Shown: positions 11,201-20,563, numbered from the stretch's first letter. The stretch: DNA of 64,000 nt from Bdellovibrionota bacterium (GCA_965207455.1 CBDBMJ010000001.1:448001-512000); one strand, 5' to 3'. The notes: generated by a model not told the origin, from the sequence alone. Made by a program: numbers and translations.

Positions 11201-11339
11201 GGATCTTTGCTTCCACCGCTTTAGTGAAAATACGGCATCCCAAGCCAGCAATACTACTTGGAGTCTTGCTTTTTCCTTCCAGCAATGCCCAACCAATGGA
11301 GTTGCTGCCCAAATCTAGACCTAATATTTTCTTGCTCAT
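8277..11339 (-). CDS. cas9: Compact type II-C Cas9 (1020 aa)
   Basis: RuvC-I GLDLGSNSIG, an Arg-rich bridge helix, RuvC-II IEMARD, HNH EIDHILPY…NKVLC…N, and RuvC-III HHAIDA. No csn2 or cas4 in the locus. Confidence 0.97.
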   Translation of the reverse strand: MSKKILGLDLGSNSIGWALLEGKSKTPSSIAGLGCRIFTKAVEAKIPTPKNVKRRNMRSGRRIIQRRARRKQRMLNYLVSLNLLPKELQDSFQPEVLLNEIGSPYKLRAKGLDKKLSPNELGRVLLHFVARRGFLSSKKQIAGDLVDDPDTIEYLAELDSGSNEDKEETAFKADITELREAIKKSKARTLGEYLHKLKQGECKRNRSHDGGHLRTDRKMYQDELQLIWKKQKKYFGHLPDNFMEDKKGVKQIIFYQRPLKLKKNLVGRCSLEPKKYRANIARLEVQRFRYLQDINNLAYSDKYSEKWFSLDDKQKIKLISYFENHPKITTAKLKKELCLNKSNKINLEEKNLKGNITACEIRTVLNEKWDKMSDDKQRDLFEDLLTIKKKSVLKNRLINHWSFDKKIATKLCLLEFEPSHSNHSLKAIKKILPYLENGMIYSDARQAAGYKFDGNDSATSLEIGEEKLSAPPETSNPIVNKGLHELKRVVNAIIKKYGKPDAIRIEMARDLEMNTKRYQENQKKQKENQKANEEAQEAFAELNLGKRYASRDDKIKYRLWKDQKELCAYSTEYIALQQVFSADTEIDHILPYTKSLDDSYMNKVLCFARENREKSNRTPIDKWGTDSDKWSKIKRAISKWDKSLETKKSRFYQTEDDLQKRDFISNQLNDTRYISKVARKYVEQLGCDISVTKGFVVSEIRHQWGFNTLIGETDTKERTDHRHHAIDAVVIAATSRSLYQKAVDQIQQDKLKIEPPYKNIREELAEKLKHTIVSHAPQRKISGGLHEETGAGYVKKHGGLVYRKALTDLNTKTIDKIIDEIVKKNVKRHISKFKSIKEAFSNSVVYHEDGKTPIKRVRILQSSTNKKKLEQTKFGVKDKQGNIFKWMAYGNNHHVEIIRNKQTEKIKGEFVTMMHASHRARGINIPKQPIIKVDHGADYEFIMAMHINDTVSIENENGECIFYRIQKLDSSSNKIMLRLATATTLSKEDEKLHLNINKENFDKYKIQLRRINAIGFLIND

Positions 11340-11369
11340 TCTTTACCTTCAGTGTATCGTTTATATATT

Positions 11370-11480
11370 AGCATAATCGACCAAGGCCTATCAATTTGCT
11401 TTTCATACCAATGAAAATTATTTTTCGTAGGCGCCGCTTTCAAGCGACCTGCAGCCCTCCCAGTGGGGGCTGCTTTTTTT
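11370..11480 (+). ncRNA. Putative tracrRNA
   Basis: 11370-11392 AGCATAATCGACCAAGGCCTATC matches the reverse complement of repeat positions 14-36 at 20 of 23 bases. It is followed by short stem-loops and an intrinsic terminator. Boundaries are approximate. Confidence 0.7.
11451..11480 (+). terminator. Intrinsic terminator at the putative tracrRNA 3' end
   Basis: GCAGCCCTC-CCAGT-GGGGGCTGC hairpin followed by T7. Confidence 0.75.
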
Positions 11481-11609
11481 CATACTGAACTAAAAAAGAA
11501 AAAAATATAAATGGAACAATTCAGTTTGGGTTGCGGCACTTAATATCGTGACCTGTCGCATAAACTCTTAATATCAAGCGCTTTCACTGTCGCAGTTAGT
11601 AACTTAGTC

Positions 11610-11658
11610 GTAAGCGGTCGGTGATCGGCAGTCTCTGATCTAGAGAAATTCTGTTATA
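11610..11658 (+). repeat. 49-bp direct repeat, right copy
   Basis: Identical to 5220-5268. Its terminal TATA is the IS630 insertion point. Confidence 0.95.
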
Positions 11659-13002
11659 CCAATTACAGAAAATAACTACGGTTTTCTGACGCACTGGGAC
11701 CGGTGTTTTTGATAAAATGGGGTTATTCTTTTTGAGTGCTAAAAATAAAGGAACTAACCAGTAAAATTCATGATTATAATTTCTTAGCTACCTACAAGGT
11801 GGAAAGAAATGCGTCAATAAAAGTCAAGTTGCTGGCTCTATTAAATTTTCAAGAAGGGAAAACAGTCGAGGAAGTTGCATGTATTGTTCGGTATAGTGAC
11901 AAATCTGTGAAATCTTGGCTAGAGCGTTTTGCAGCCTATGACTATGAGGGTCTTATATGTAGAGAAGGTCGTGGCAGAAAGCCTCGCTTACCCCCTGATG
12001 CAGAGGAATCATTTAAATTAGAGCTGGATAAGCTCCAAGAATCTAAGGATGGTGGAAGGATAACAGCTTGGGAGATTCGGGATTTATTAGCGAATAAATT
12101 CGACTCCTGTTATTCGTTATCGGGAGTGTATGCTCTCCTAGATAGGCTTAATATTGTTTGGATATCCGGACGTTCCAAGCACCCTAAGTGTTCTCAAGAA
12201 GCAATTGAACAGTTTAAGGCAAATTTCCCAGAGGCAACGGAGAAAATAAAAGAAAAGCTGGATTCTGAAAAAATAGAGATTTGGTGGCAAGATGAATGCC
12301 GGGTAGGGCAACAGGGAAGTCTTTCTAGAATTTGGGCTGCGAAGGGAACAAGACCAAGGGTCGTGCGCCAGAGACAATTTTTATCGACCTATATTTTTGG
12401 AGCAGTTTGCCCAGACAGAGATGTTGGCTGTGCACTTATTTTGCCGGAATGTAATTCTGGAATGATGCAAATTCACTTGGGTCAAATTTCCGAAGAAGTT
12501 CAAGAGGGGTACCATGGGATTATTCTAATGGATAGGGCAAGCTGGCATACAACAGAAGCATTGATTATTCCTAAAAATATTTCCTTAATGCCACTACCTC
12601 CATATTCCCCAGAACTCAATCCTATGGAACAAGTATGGCAACAGCTCCGGAAAATAAAATTATCTAATACTTGTTTTAAAAACTATGAGCATATTGTGAA
12701 TACCTGTTGTGAAGCATGGAATACATTCTGTGATAGTGACGGCAATATTAAGAAGCTCTGCACTCGGTCGTGGGCAAATCTTTAGAAACTCTCATATTTT
12801 AAGATCCATTCCGCAAAAAGACGTGGCTTGAGTCTATTACAGGCAGTTCATATCTATGAGGTCAGATGAAAAATGACTTAATTTTATCCAGATGGTGAGC
12901 CATCCGGGGAATCTGCCAGTACACTTTCGTATTATCGAACGGATATATCAAGTTCTACGGATCGTCACACCGTAAAGCCGTAGTTATTTTCTGTAATTGG
13001 TA
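11657..13002 (+). mobile_element. IS630-family insertion sequence
   Basis: 27-bp perfect inverted repeat TATACCAATTACAGAAAATAACTACGG (11655-11681 and 12978-13004), which includes the TA target duplication. Confidence 0.9.
11736..12785 (+). CDS. IS630-family transposase
   Basis: N-terminal HTH plus WQDECRVG, MDRASWH and LPPYSPELNPMEQVW. Confidence 0.92.
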   Translation: MLKIKELTSKIHDYNFLATYKVERNASIKVKLLALLNFQEGKTVEEVACIVRYSDKSVKSWLERFAAYDYEGLICREGRGRKPRLPPDAEESFKLELDKLQESKDGGRITAWEIRDLLANKFDSCYSLSGVYALLDRLNIVWISGRSKHPKCSQEAIEQFKANFPEATEKIKEKLDSEKIEIWWQDECRVGQQGSLSRIWAAKGTRPRVVRQRQFLSTYIFGAVCPDRDVGCALILPECNSGMMQIHLGQISEEVQEGYHGIILMDRASWHTTEALIIPKNISLMPLPPYSPELNPMEQVWQQLRKIKLSNTCFKNYEHIVNTCCEAWNTFCDSDGNIKKLCTRSWANL

Positions 13003-13085
13003 TAAAGCTGTAGATGTGCATTTTGCATGTTATTATCAAAATTAGAAGATTTTTTTTAAACACAACATAATGAAGGGAAATATAC

Positions 13086-13691
13086 ATGAAAAGAATATTA
13101 TTGTTATTAATTATTACTATGGTTCCTATTACAGCCTTTTGTGCTGGTTCAATACAGAGGGTGAGCGCAACAGGAACCAGCATGGATGTAATTTTATCAT
13201 CAACTTTAAGTAGCTATGAGGATCAATCTACAAAACAAACAGTAGGGAATGAATCAGATTTTAGACAATCTTTCTTTGAAAATGGACACTCCTGCGTAAT
13301 TTTAATAGATAGAACTGTAAAATGCTGGGGAGATAATACATATGGGCAATTGGGTGATGGTACTGTAAAGAGTAGCTTAACACCAGTTACAGTTCTTGAT
13401 TTAACGAATGTACGTCAAATTGCCTTGGGAGGTTTTCATACCTGTGCACTTTTAATTGACAACACTGTAAAATGCTGGGGAGGTAATTGGTTTGGGCAGT
13501 TGGGTAATGATAAGGTCAGCTATAGTTCAATACCAGTTGTGATTTCTGCTTTAACGAATCTGCAAGTAGTTGAAATTTATTTAGGAGACCTTTATACTTG
13601 TGTGGTTTTAGATTCCGATGATGCTTTCCTTCCTCCTCGTGAGGTTACTCTTTCTTCCAATGAAATGTGCTGGGGAGTTACACTAGATTAG
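13086..13691 (+). CDS. Secreted RCC1-repeat protein (short, about 2-3 repeats)
   Basis: Signal peptide plus HSC…TVKCWGDNTYGQLGDG-type repeats. Confidence 0.8.
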   Translation: MKRILLLLIITMVPITAFCAGSIQRVSATGTSMDVILSSTLSSYEDQSTKQTVGNESDFRQSFFENGHSCVILIDRTVKCWGDNTYGQLGDGTVKSSLTPVTVLDLTNVRQIALGGFHTCALLIDNTVKCWGGNWFGQLGNDKVSYSSIPVVISALTNLQVVEIYLGDLYTCVVLDSDDAFLPPREVTLSSNEMCWGVTLD

Positions 13692-13771
13692 GGAAGATTT
13701 GAGAAAAACTAACTTATTATAAAGATGTATTTATAATGTTTTTCTTGGTTCTGATTGGCAAAACATGAAAC

Positions 13772-13813
13772 AAAAAATCCTCTGTGCTATTGCTAAACAG
13801 AGGATTTATTTTT
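13772..13813. terminator. Probable bidirectional terminator between convergent genes
   Basis: AAATCCTCTG/CAGAGGATTT stem with A- and T-rich flanks. Confidence 0.5.
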
Positions 13814-13947
13814 GACCTAGTGGGAAGTTTCCCCCCTCTAGTTCCTATTACTGAGATCTAACAGTAAGCCCTGGCATTCTAGTCTAAATCGATCTCGTTT
13901 TTATTACTCATCTCATTTTTCCTTTCGTTATGAGTCTAATATAGCGT

Positions 13948-14553
13948 TTAATGTTGCTGGATTCTTTTTCGTCTTTCGTCTAAGGTTTCGCCTTTATACA
14001 TCCAATAAGCTGGTCCTTGTACGCCATGTTTAGCATCCAACAATTCTGTAGCTATGGCGCTTAAGCTTCCCATCTTCCCGTTACACTCAATATTTCTGTT
14101 ATCTATGACTTTGGCTTTTATACCTTCATCACGAGAAAAGTATATTTCAGAATCTATGGGGATTTCGGCTAATTGAAAATTGAATGCTGACCGTCTTTCC
14201 TTAACTGAAACTAATGATCTCTCAATTTCTTCTATATTTTCTTTTTGGTTATCTAATACAATTTTTTTAGGGGTGACATCTTCAATAGATAGCATTTTTA
14301 AGATGGCATAAACTTGTTCGGGAAGAATTTCAAAAAATTCGCGATTTTTTTGAACTCTATATTTTGAAAAGGCATTATGAAGATTTTTTTCTACTTCATT
14401 GGCATTTTTCACTCGACAAGCAAAAAAGCACTCAAAGGGAAAAGGAATGTTTGTGCTGTATAGTTGCTTGAGTCGGTTTTCTAAGTTTTGGGTTTGACCA
14501 ATTTTTACATAATCAGGCATAGACTCATTGGTTAGAACATAAACGATATCCAT
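13948..14553 (-). CDS. GIY-YIG nuclease family protein (T5orf172-like)
   Basis: Motifs VYVLTNESMP.YVKIG.T…RLKQL, PFPFEC, EKNLHNAF and REFF. Confidence 0.8.
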   Translation of the reverse strand: MDIVYVLTNESMPDYVKIGQTQNLENRLKQLYSTNIPFPFECFFACRVKNANEVEKNLHNAFSKYRVQKNREFFEILPEQVYAILKMLSIEDVTPKKIVLDNQKENIEEIERSLVSVKERRSAFNFQLAEIPIDSEIYFSRDEGIKAKVIDNRNIECNGKMGSLSAIATELLDAKHGVQGPAYWMYKGETLDERRKRIQQH

Positions 14554-14611
14554 CTAAAATTTCTCCTTTAATTTCCCAGCTTATCACAGCTAAACCACAG
14601 TCGAAAAAATA

Positions 14612-15274
14612 CTACATGATTTCATTCATTGTAATATTAAACGTTCCCACCTTTATACCGGACCCGGTGTTATTAGCTTGGAAATCTACGATCACATTCT
14701 CTCTTTGCGTTGCTGTTAGTCCTTGGAGAATTCTGTCATCTTTGTTGAGATTATTTCCCTTAAAGTACACTTGGGTTGTTAGTTCTCTAAAACCTCTGAG
14801 ATGGGCTTTTAGGTGGATATGGGGCGGACGTGTCCAATCACGCGTGGCCTTATATTCTCCAGGTATAATTGTTTTAAAGCTATATTCACCCTTCTCATTG
14901 GTAGTGGCTCGACCCCAATATTGAAAGTTACGATCAAGTTCTGCTGTGTTGGGGTCGCCGCTATGGTTGTATTTCCCTGTTTTACAGGCTTGCCATATTT
15001 CCACTAAAGCACCTTTAATTGGCGTGCAACTTTCATTTTGTACAACACCCTTAAGAATAACCACTTCTCCTAAAGCTTTTTCTGTTGAGCCTTGGATATT
15101 TGTCAAATCTCTATCTTTATCTTTTTGATCTACTTCTGGATAAAATGGTCCTGAAGTTTGTTGAGGTGTTAAAAAGCAGCTCTCTGCTTTGCTGATACCG
15201 CTTGTAATAGCAAGTATGGAACCTGCCGACAAGGCTGTCTTTTTTATATAATTTCTTCTGCTTAGTTTTTTCAT
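14612..15274 (-). CDS. Intradiol ring-cleavage dioxygenase (protocatechuate 3,4-dioxygenase beta-like), probably Tat-exported
   Basis: Motifs GPFYP, VEIWQAC..GKY, TIIPGEY and RPPHIH. N-terminal twin-arginine motif SRRNYIK. Confidence 0.85.
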   Translation of the reverse strand: MKKLSRRNYIKKTALSAGSILAITSGISKAESCFLTPQQTSGPFYPEVDQKDKDRDLTNIQGSTEKALGEVVILKGVVQNESCTPIKGALVEIWQACKTGKYNHSGDPNTAELDRNFQYWGRATTNEKGEYSFKTIIPGEYKATRDWTRPPHIHLKAHLRGFRELTTQVYFKGNNLNKDDRILQGLTATQRENVIVDFQANNTGSGIKVGTFNITMNEIM

Positions 15275-15534
15275 AATTTCTCCTATTTATTTATAAAAAG
15301 ATACACTGCGCATCTCTTTTATTAGGAGCACCATAATCCTACTTATTACTTTGTGTCAATGATTTTTAACTGACTCGACGCGCCTTTACTAACAGAAGGC
15401 TCTATGCAATAAGCGCATAGTATCAGATGGGTTGTCGAGTCAAGTCGCTTGCTCATATCGGAAGTGACGCTAGGTATTCTGACAATTTAGCTTCCTTCAA
15501 ATAAATTAACTGTCAGAAAGAAAGGGAAATAGAA

Positions 15535-16014
15535 ATGATAAAAACTAATAATATGGGAACGTTACTTTTAACAACATTGGTCGGGGTAGTTTTTGCTACG
15601 TCAACCGCATCTTTTGCACAAGGTGATCCAAGGGCGGATTATGTTTCTTGTGTTGGGAAAGGTCTTAAGGCAGGGGGGTATAAACTTACTCTTGAGATGG
15701 CTGATCCTCGCACTACCAAATACCCCAATGTAAAGACGTTTACTCTTGCAGAGGATGGCAGCGTTACTTATATGCTTTGGGGTCAGGAATGTAAAGGGGA
15801 GTGTACTAGAAAGAAGGGTCTAAGCTTACACTACGATGTATATTTTGATTTCGAGGCACTCCCAGGTACTGGTGGTGGATGCAGCAATGCAAGTTTCCAG
15901 CTCAATGTGGCAGACCTTCCGAGAGAGCAAGATGGAAATGCGTATACAGTAATGATGGAAGGAGTAAGTAACTTCGGGCGACATATCGGTGGATTACTTG
16001 AAAAAGTAGAATAG
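15535..16014 (+). CDS. Secreted hypothetical protein
   Basis: 159-aa ORF with a signal peptide ending in ASFA and an upstream purine-rich RBS. Confidence 0.65.
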   Translation: MIKTNNMGTLLLTTLVGVVFATSTASFAQGDPRADYVSCVGKGLKAGGYKLTLEMADPRTTKYPNVKTFTLAEDGSVTYMLWGQECKGECTRKKGLSLHYDVYFDFEALPGTGGGCSNASFQLNVADLPREQDGNAYTVMMEGVSNFGRHIGGLLEKVE

Positions 16015-16161
16015 TGGAAATACGGTTATGGGGGGAGCGTACTCCCCTCAAACTGTATGTCGACCAAGCACTCAATTTTTTTATTCTTCGTGCGATAATT
16101 TTAAATATCTTGAAAGTTTCCGTTTTTTCGGGAAAGATCATTTGGAGTATAAGCATAGAGG

Positions 16162-17919
16162 GTGAAAATAATGAGTCGTATTATTTGGATCTTAGTTTTA
16201 TTTATTGAATTTGCTTATTTTTCAAGTGGGTTATTATTAGCCAAAGCCTCAGAACCCAAAAGTTCTGGTTTATTAATAGAATTTGCTGATGATACTGTAA
16301 GCAGTCAAAGAAATCAAATTCATTCAAAATATCAAATGAAACTGGTCTATAGGTCGGAGACCCTGCCGGTAGACTCCATAGTGCCTATTAAATCTTACCA
16401 TATCAGTGACACGAAATATTTAAATAAATTATGCGAAAAGTATCGAATAGAGATAGGTGTTTTAACTTGTGAAATAAATAGGATTTATCCTCTTATCAAA
16501 GAAAAAGTTCTAGATAGGCGTTCAATTTTTGATCACACAGGTCGCTCATATATGCGATCACTAAGTGAAGGTTTACTCAATCTCTCCCGGTTGATTTTTT
16601 CACCTGGGTCTAGAAAATGTGAATTAGTAAGAGTTACAGGTCTTCCGCAAGTTCATGAGGGATTGTCGCCGTTATGGTCACAAGAATATATCGGAGCCGG
16701 ACTTGCTCGCAAACTTGTCAGACAAACAGTAGGCACCAGTGAGATAAGGATAGCTAATGTTGATGCTGGTGTTTCTCGAAGCCATCTTACTGGAAAAATC
16801 TCAGATGATATTGATTGGGATAAGCTAAAAAACGGAATATTTAAGTACCATGGGACTTCTGTTGCAAACCTAATCAACGGAAGAGAGCCTATCGGTGTGG
16901 CTGAAAAAGGACTCCTATCAGATATAATTGATGTATACACTCACTTGACACTTCTTCCTGCTGTAGATCAAATTAGCAGGAGTAAACCAAGTCTAGTGAA
17001 TCTTGAAATACATACGTTATGTGAATTGACTGCATGTCATTTTCCTAGCTTTGAGGCGCCAACTATTCTTAAACGTCTTATAAAGCAAATGACTGAAAAT
17101 AGTATAGTTGTTGCTGCTGCTGGAAATCACCATCCATACGGTTCAATTACGGATGCTTCAGATGGACTCGACTTAATACTAGTGGGAAATCTAAACTCTT
17201 ATGGGATTGTTGATGGTGATTCAGATGAGTCTGAAAATGTTGTAATCACAGGACCGGCAGGGGGACGCCAGATGACAGAGAATGCTAAAGGTTTATACCC
17301 AAGGTTTGGAGGAACAAGTGGAGCTACTCCATTAGTTACAGGAGCAATAGCAAATGTCAAAGCCATCCTTTCTGATTTATCGTTTGATGAAGTGAAAGTT
17401 CTTTTACAAAAGACTGCAATTCCCACATCAAATATTTATCAACAACCACTCAAAAATGGAGCTGGTATGCTGAATGCTTTCAAACTTGTAAGGGTGGCAT
17501 TAAGACTTAAAGAATTGGGATGGCCAGAATTCAGAAGTGAACTATTAGCAGCAGACTCGAGTTTTGATTTTCGTGAAGATGCCACCAACTTGCGGCGGGA
17601 AGCAAGAAGCTTAATTGAAAGTGAGAATTGCAACGATCAACAACGTGCTTTGGAAATGCTTAGAAAATCATTTTTATTGATGCCTGATGAAACAACAGGG
17701 AATTTATTAGCAGAAATTTATGAACAAGAGGGATTTCTAATAAATGCACAGTTTTATTGGAATTTTAATGAAGGTACGCTTAAACAATTTCTTGACATAG
17801 TTACAGACTCCTCGGACGATCCGACATTACCTCTAACTTTGGAAGACAGAAGAGCAATTAAACGTGCAAAAAATAGTCTTTCTTTCCAACTGGCAATAGA
17901 TAGGGGTTGTCTAACTTGA
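16162..17919 (+). CDS. Secreted S8 (subtilisin-like) serine peptidase
   Basis: Catalytic motifs VDAG, HGTSVA, AAGN and GTSGATPLVTG. Confidence 0.85.
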   Translation: MKIMSRIIWILVLFIEFAYFSSGLLLAKASEPKSSGLLIEFADDTVSSQRNQIHSKYQMKLVYRSETLPVDSIVPIKSYHISDTKYLNKLCEKYRIEIGVLTCEINRIYPLIKEKVLDRRSIFDHTGRSYMRSLSEGLLNLSRLIFSPGSRKCELVRVTGLPQVHEGLSPLWSQEYIGAGLARKLVRQTVGTSEIRIANVDAGVSRSHLTGKISDDIDWDKLKNGIFKYHGTSVANLINGREPIGVAEKGLLSDIIDVYTHLTLLPAVDQISRSKPSLVNLEIHTLCELTACHFPSFEAPTILKRLIKQMTENSIVVAAAGNHHPYGSITDASDGLDLILVGNLNSYGIVDGDSDESENVVITGPAGGRQMTENAKGLYPRFGGTSGATPLVTGAIANVKAILSDLSFDEVKVLLQKTAIPTSNIYQQPLKNGAGMLNAFKLVRVALRLKELGWPEFRSELLAADSSFDFREDATNLRREARSLIESENCNDQQRALEMLRKSFLLMPDETTGNLLAEIYEQEGFLINAQFYWNFNEGTLKQFLDIVTDSSDDPTLPLTLEDRRAIKRAKNSLSFQLAIDRGCLT

Positions 17920-17974
17920 TGGTGTGCGCGCTGTTCCTCGACTGCTTTGCTTAGAGATTCCTTAGTGCCAAGAG
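17911..17974. repeat. Degenerate copy of the tRNA-Phe 3' end and downstream flank
   Basis: 56 of 64 bases identical to 21762-21825 without gaps. Confidence 0.85.
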
Positions 17975-18091
17975 CAAAAGGACCGCATTTTTTTTGTGCA
18001 GTCCTTTTTCTGTACGTCTGAAATTTTTACCTTCTAGTCCAAAGGGATCTCTAAAAAGTTAAAGCCTGGGATTTATCTACTCACTAGAACC

Positions 18092-18790
18092 TTAAATGTC
18101 CCTCTCTCCCCCATCACGAAAAGCAACTGACCTTAACTCTCTCTCTGAATATGAGCCACGTCTACGAAGTTTTTTAAGAAGTCTTAATTCTCTTTTTGTA
18201 TTGATAAAGGTTGACCACCTTAGCTCCCATTCATAGTAGCTATCATCAGAGACTATTAAAAAGGCTTTGCGTGCAAAACGATTATTAACTCTTGTTGCCC
18301 ACCTCAGTTCCCACTCGTGATAACTAGCATCAGTTACGTCTTGAAACGCTAATAACGCATCAGGATTATTGACTCTTGTTGCCCACTGCATTTCCCACTC
18401 GTAATAGCTTATATCTCGAATATCCTTGAACGCTTCGAGAGCATAGTAGGAACAAATTTGGTTAGCTAAGTATATTTCCCAGTTTTGAGAATTACCATCC
18501 ATGACAAGTTCTAGTGCCCGATTAGAATAGTACTCGCATGAGTACCTTCTTTCGGCTTGAGTATTATCATCACTGTCTTGTCGGTTAGGCTCATATTTAT
18601 CCTCATCAAGAGGAACATGGACATTAAGCGTTACTCCACCTGTTCCCACTTGAATATTTTGCTCTAAATCACTGGGATTAATATTTACGCTTGTATCTTT
18701 ACTTGCCGCACCATTACCATAGCCTGTTGTTGGTAATGCCACAGCAAATGCGATTAGCATCATTATTGTTAGTATATTTCTGTTTTTCAT
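18092..18790 (-). CDS. Secreted protein with 28-aa tandem repeats
   Basis: Signal peptide plus SY(Y/H)EWE(L/M)xWxTx(V/I)N repeated three times, with degenerate flanking copies. Confidence 0.75.
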   Translation of the reverse strand: MKNRNILTIMMLIAFAVALPTTGYGNGAASKDTSVNINPSDLEQNIQVGTGGVTLNVHVPLDEDKYEPNRQDSDDNTQAERRYSCEYYSNRALELVMDGNSQNWEIYLANQICSYYALEAFKDIRDISYYEWEMQWATRVNNPDALLAFQDVTDASYHEWELRWATRVNNRFARKAFLIVSDDSYYEWELRWSTFINTKRELRLLKKLRRRGSYSERELRSVAFRDGGERDI

Positions 18791-18910
18791 AATTTTCTCT
18801 CCTTCATTAAGTTGTTGTTAGTTGTTATTTTAAAAAATGCACTACACATTCCTTTTGTTGAGTTACTTAATAATTGAAGTTTTTATATGTGTCAACACTT
18901 TTTTGATTGA

Positions 18911-20563
18911 TGTAAGCGCAAAACTAAAACTTCACACCTCCGAGCAAAACTAAAAGATCACACCACGGTGTAGCATTTTTTGAAGTCAAAATCCAGTTTC
19001 CGACTTGTTTTCTTTTATATTTTCCCTTATTCAACTCCTTGCGACATAGAGGTATTCCCTCGCTTTATGAAGGATGTCCGTTGAACGATCTCCGTGGGTC
19101 CAATCGACTTTTCGTGATAGTTCTGATTTCAGTGAGGCATAGGTGTCTGTGAGGCATCCGCTCCCAATGATGATAGTGAGGCGAGGTCTGTGGTGTATCC
19201 ACCCCTAAATGATATTAGTGAAGCATGGGTTTGTGGGGCAACTCTGGTTTTAACAGCCGGTCTACTTCCTGGTTTATGGTTTTATCACTACTTAGAGCTG
19301 GTCTTGGCTTCCTATTAATAATCTCATAGTCTAATGGCTTGCCTTTAAAATCTAATTCTACTCTACCATCACGATAGGTGAGGACAGTTATTCTTTGACC
19401 CTTGAGGTGATGACCTCCACCATTACTTTTAATTTGGTATAAACAACTTTTATGTTGGATCGAAAGATTTTTACTTATAACTCTTTCCTCCTTCCATGTA
19501 AGGAGTCTATCCAGTCCTCTGTTTACCCAGCCTCTTGCATCTCTATGAACATCTTCCGTGACCTCATGACCCCAACGCCTATTGTATCCCTCTATGAATT
19601 CTGGAAGATAAGCATTGGCCTCCTCGATAGTACTAATCTGTTGTAAGCGCATAGCTTTTAGCAAGCGATCCTGTAGGGTTCTATTCACTCTCTCCACTCG
19701 ACCCTTAGCTTGAGGAGAATAGGCATTAATAGACTTAATACCTAGCTCATGTAAAACAGAACCAAACTGAGTGTACTTAACACCTTGGTTCCTTTTTTCA
19801 GAGGTAGCTACCGAGAATATTCCATGTCTATCGTGGTAAAAAGCTCTGGGAATCCCATATTTTTTTATATATTTTTCCAAACACTCCATGTATGCAAAGG
19901 CTGTTTCAGCAGGAGAAAAATGGCATATTATCTTGCTGCTAGCATCGTCTACAAAAACAATCAAACAGCACTTAGGACCTCTTTTCTCAAACCAAGCATG
20001 ATGGGTTCCATCTATTTGCACCAATTCACCACTCCCTTCTCTCCGTTCACGATAAGAGTGTATTCGTTTTGATTTCGATTTACGAGGTTCCCATAAACCC
20101 CAATCCGTCATCCATTCTCTTAAAGTTTCCTTGGAAATTTTAATTCCAAATTTCTCTAACAAAGTCTCCGACATCAAAGTGGGTCCAAAGCCTTCATAAA
20201 TTTTTTCACTAACAACCTTATTTATACAATCCTTAAAATCATCCGTGAACTTTCTCGTATTTGACTTTCCAACCCGCTTAGAAACTAAAGCCCTAGCACC
20301 ATCCCTGCGATATATCTTGAAGAGGTAATTCACCCATTTTCGGCTTAAACCAAGCCTTCTAGCAGCCTCTGATTGTGTTATCAGACCTGACGCAATGTCC
20401 CACATCGCCTTCTCCCTATCCCTGATCTTTTTCATCATCTTAATCTCCATTTCCATTTCCATTGATGCGTCCTCCCTTAAATTGTTGATAATAAAGAAGA
20501 TTATACACCGTGGTGTGAAGTTTTAGTTTTGCAGAGGTGTGAAGTTTTAGTTTTGCGCCTACA
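18911..20563 (-). mobile_element. IS1202-type (ISNCY / IS481-related) insertion sequence
   Basis: TGT…ACA ends. Each inverted repeat has two sub-repeats (GCAAAACTAAAACTTCACACC-like). No target duplication is visible. Confidence 0.85.
19215..20462 (-). CDS. IS1202/ISNCY-family DDE transposase
   Basis: HTH plus GELVQIDG.HH.WFE.RG, YHDRHGIF and SPQAKGRVER..RTLQDRL. Confidence 0.9.
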   Translation of the reverse strand: MEMEMEIKMMKKIRDREKAMWDIASGLITQSEAARRLGLSRKWVNYLFKIYRRDGARALVSKRVGKSNTRKFTDDFKDCINKVVSEKIYEGFGPTLMSETLLEKFGIKISKETLREWMTDWGLWEPRKSKSKRIHSYRERREGSGELVQIDGTHHAWFEKRGPKCCLIVFVDDASSKIICHFSPAETAFAYMECLEKYIKKYGIPRAFYHDRHGIFSVATSEKRNQGVKYTQFGSVLHELGIKSINAYSPQAKGRVERVNRTLQDRLLKAMRLQQISTIEEANAYLPEFIEGYNRRWGHEVTEDVHRDARGWVNRGLDRLLTWKEERVISKNLSIQHKSCLYQIKSNGGGHHLKGQRITVLTYRDGRVELDFKGKPLDYEIINRKPRPALSSDKTINQEVDRLLKPELPHKPMLH

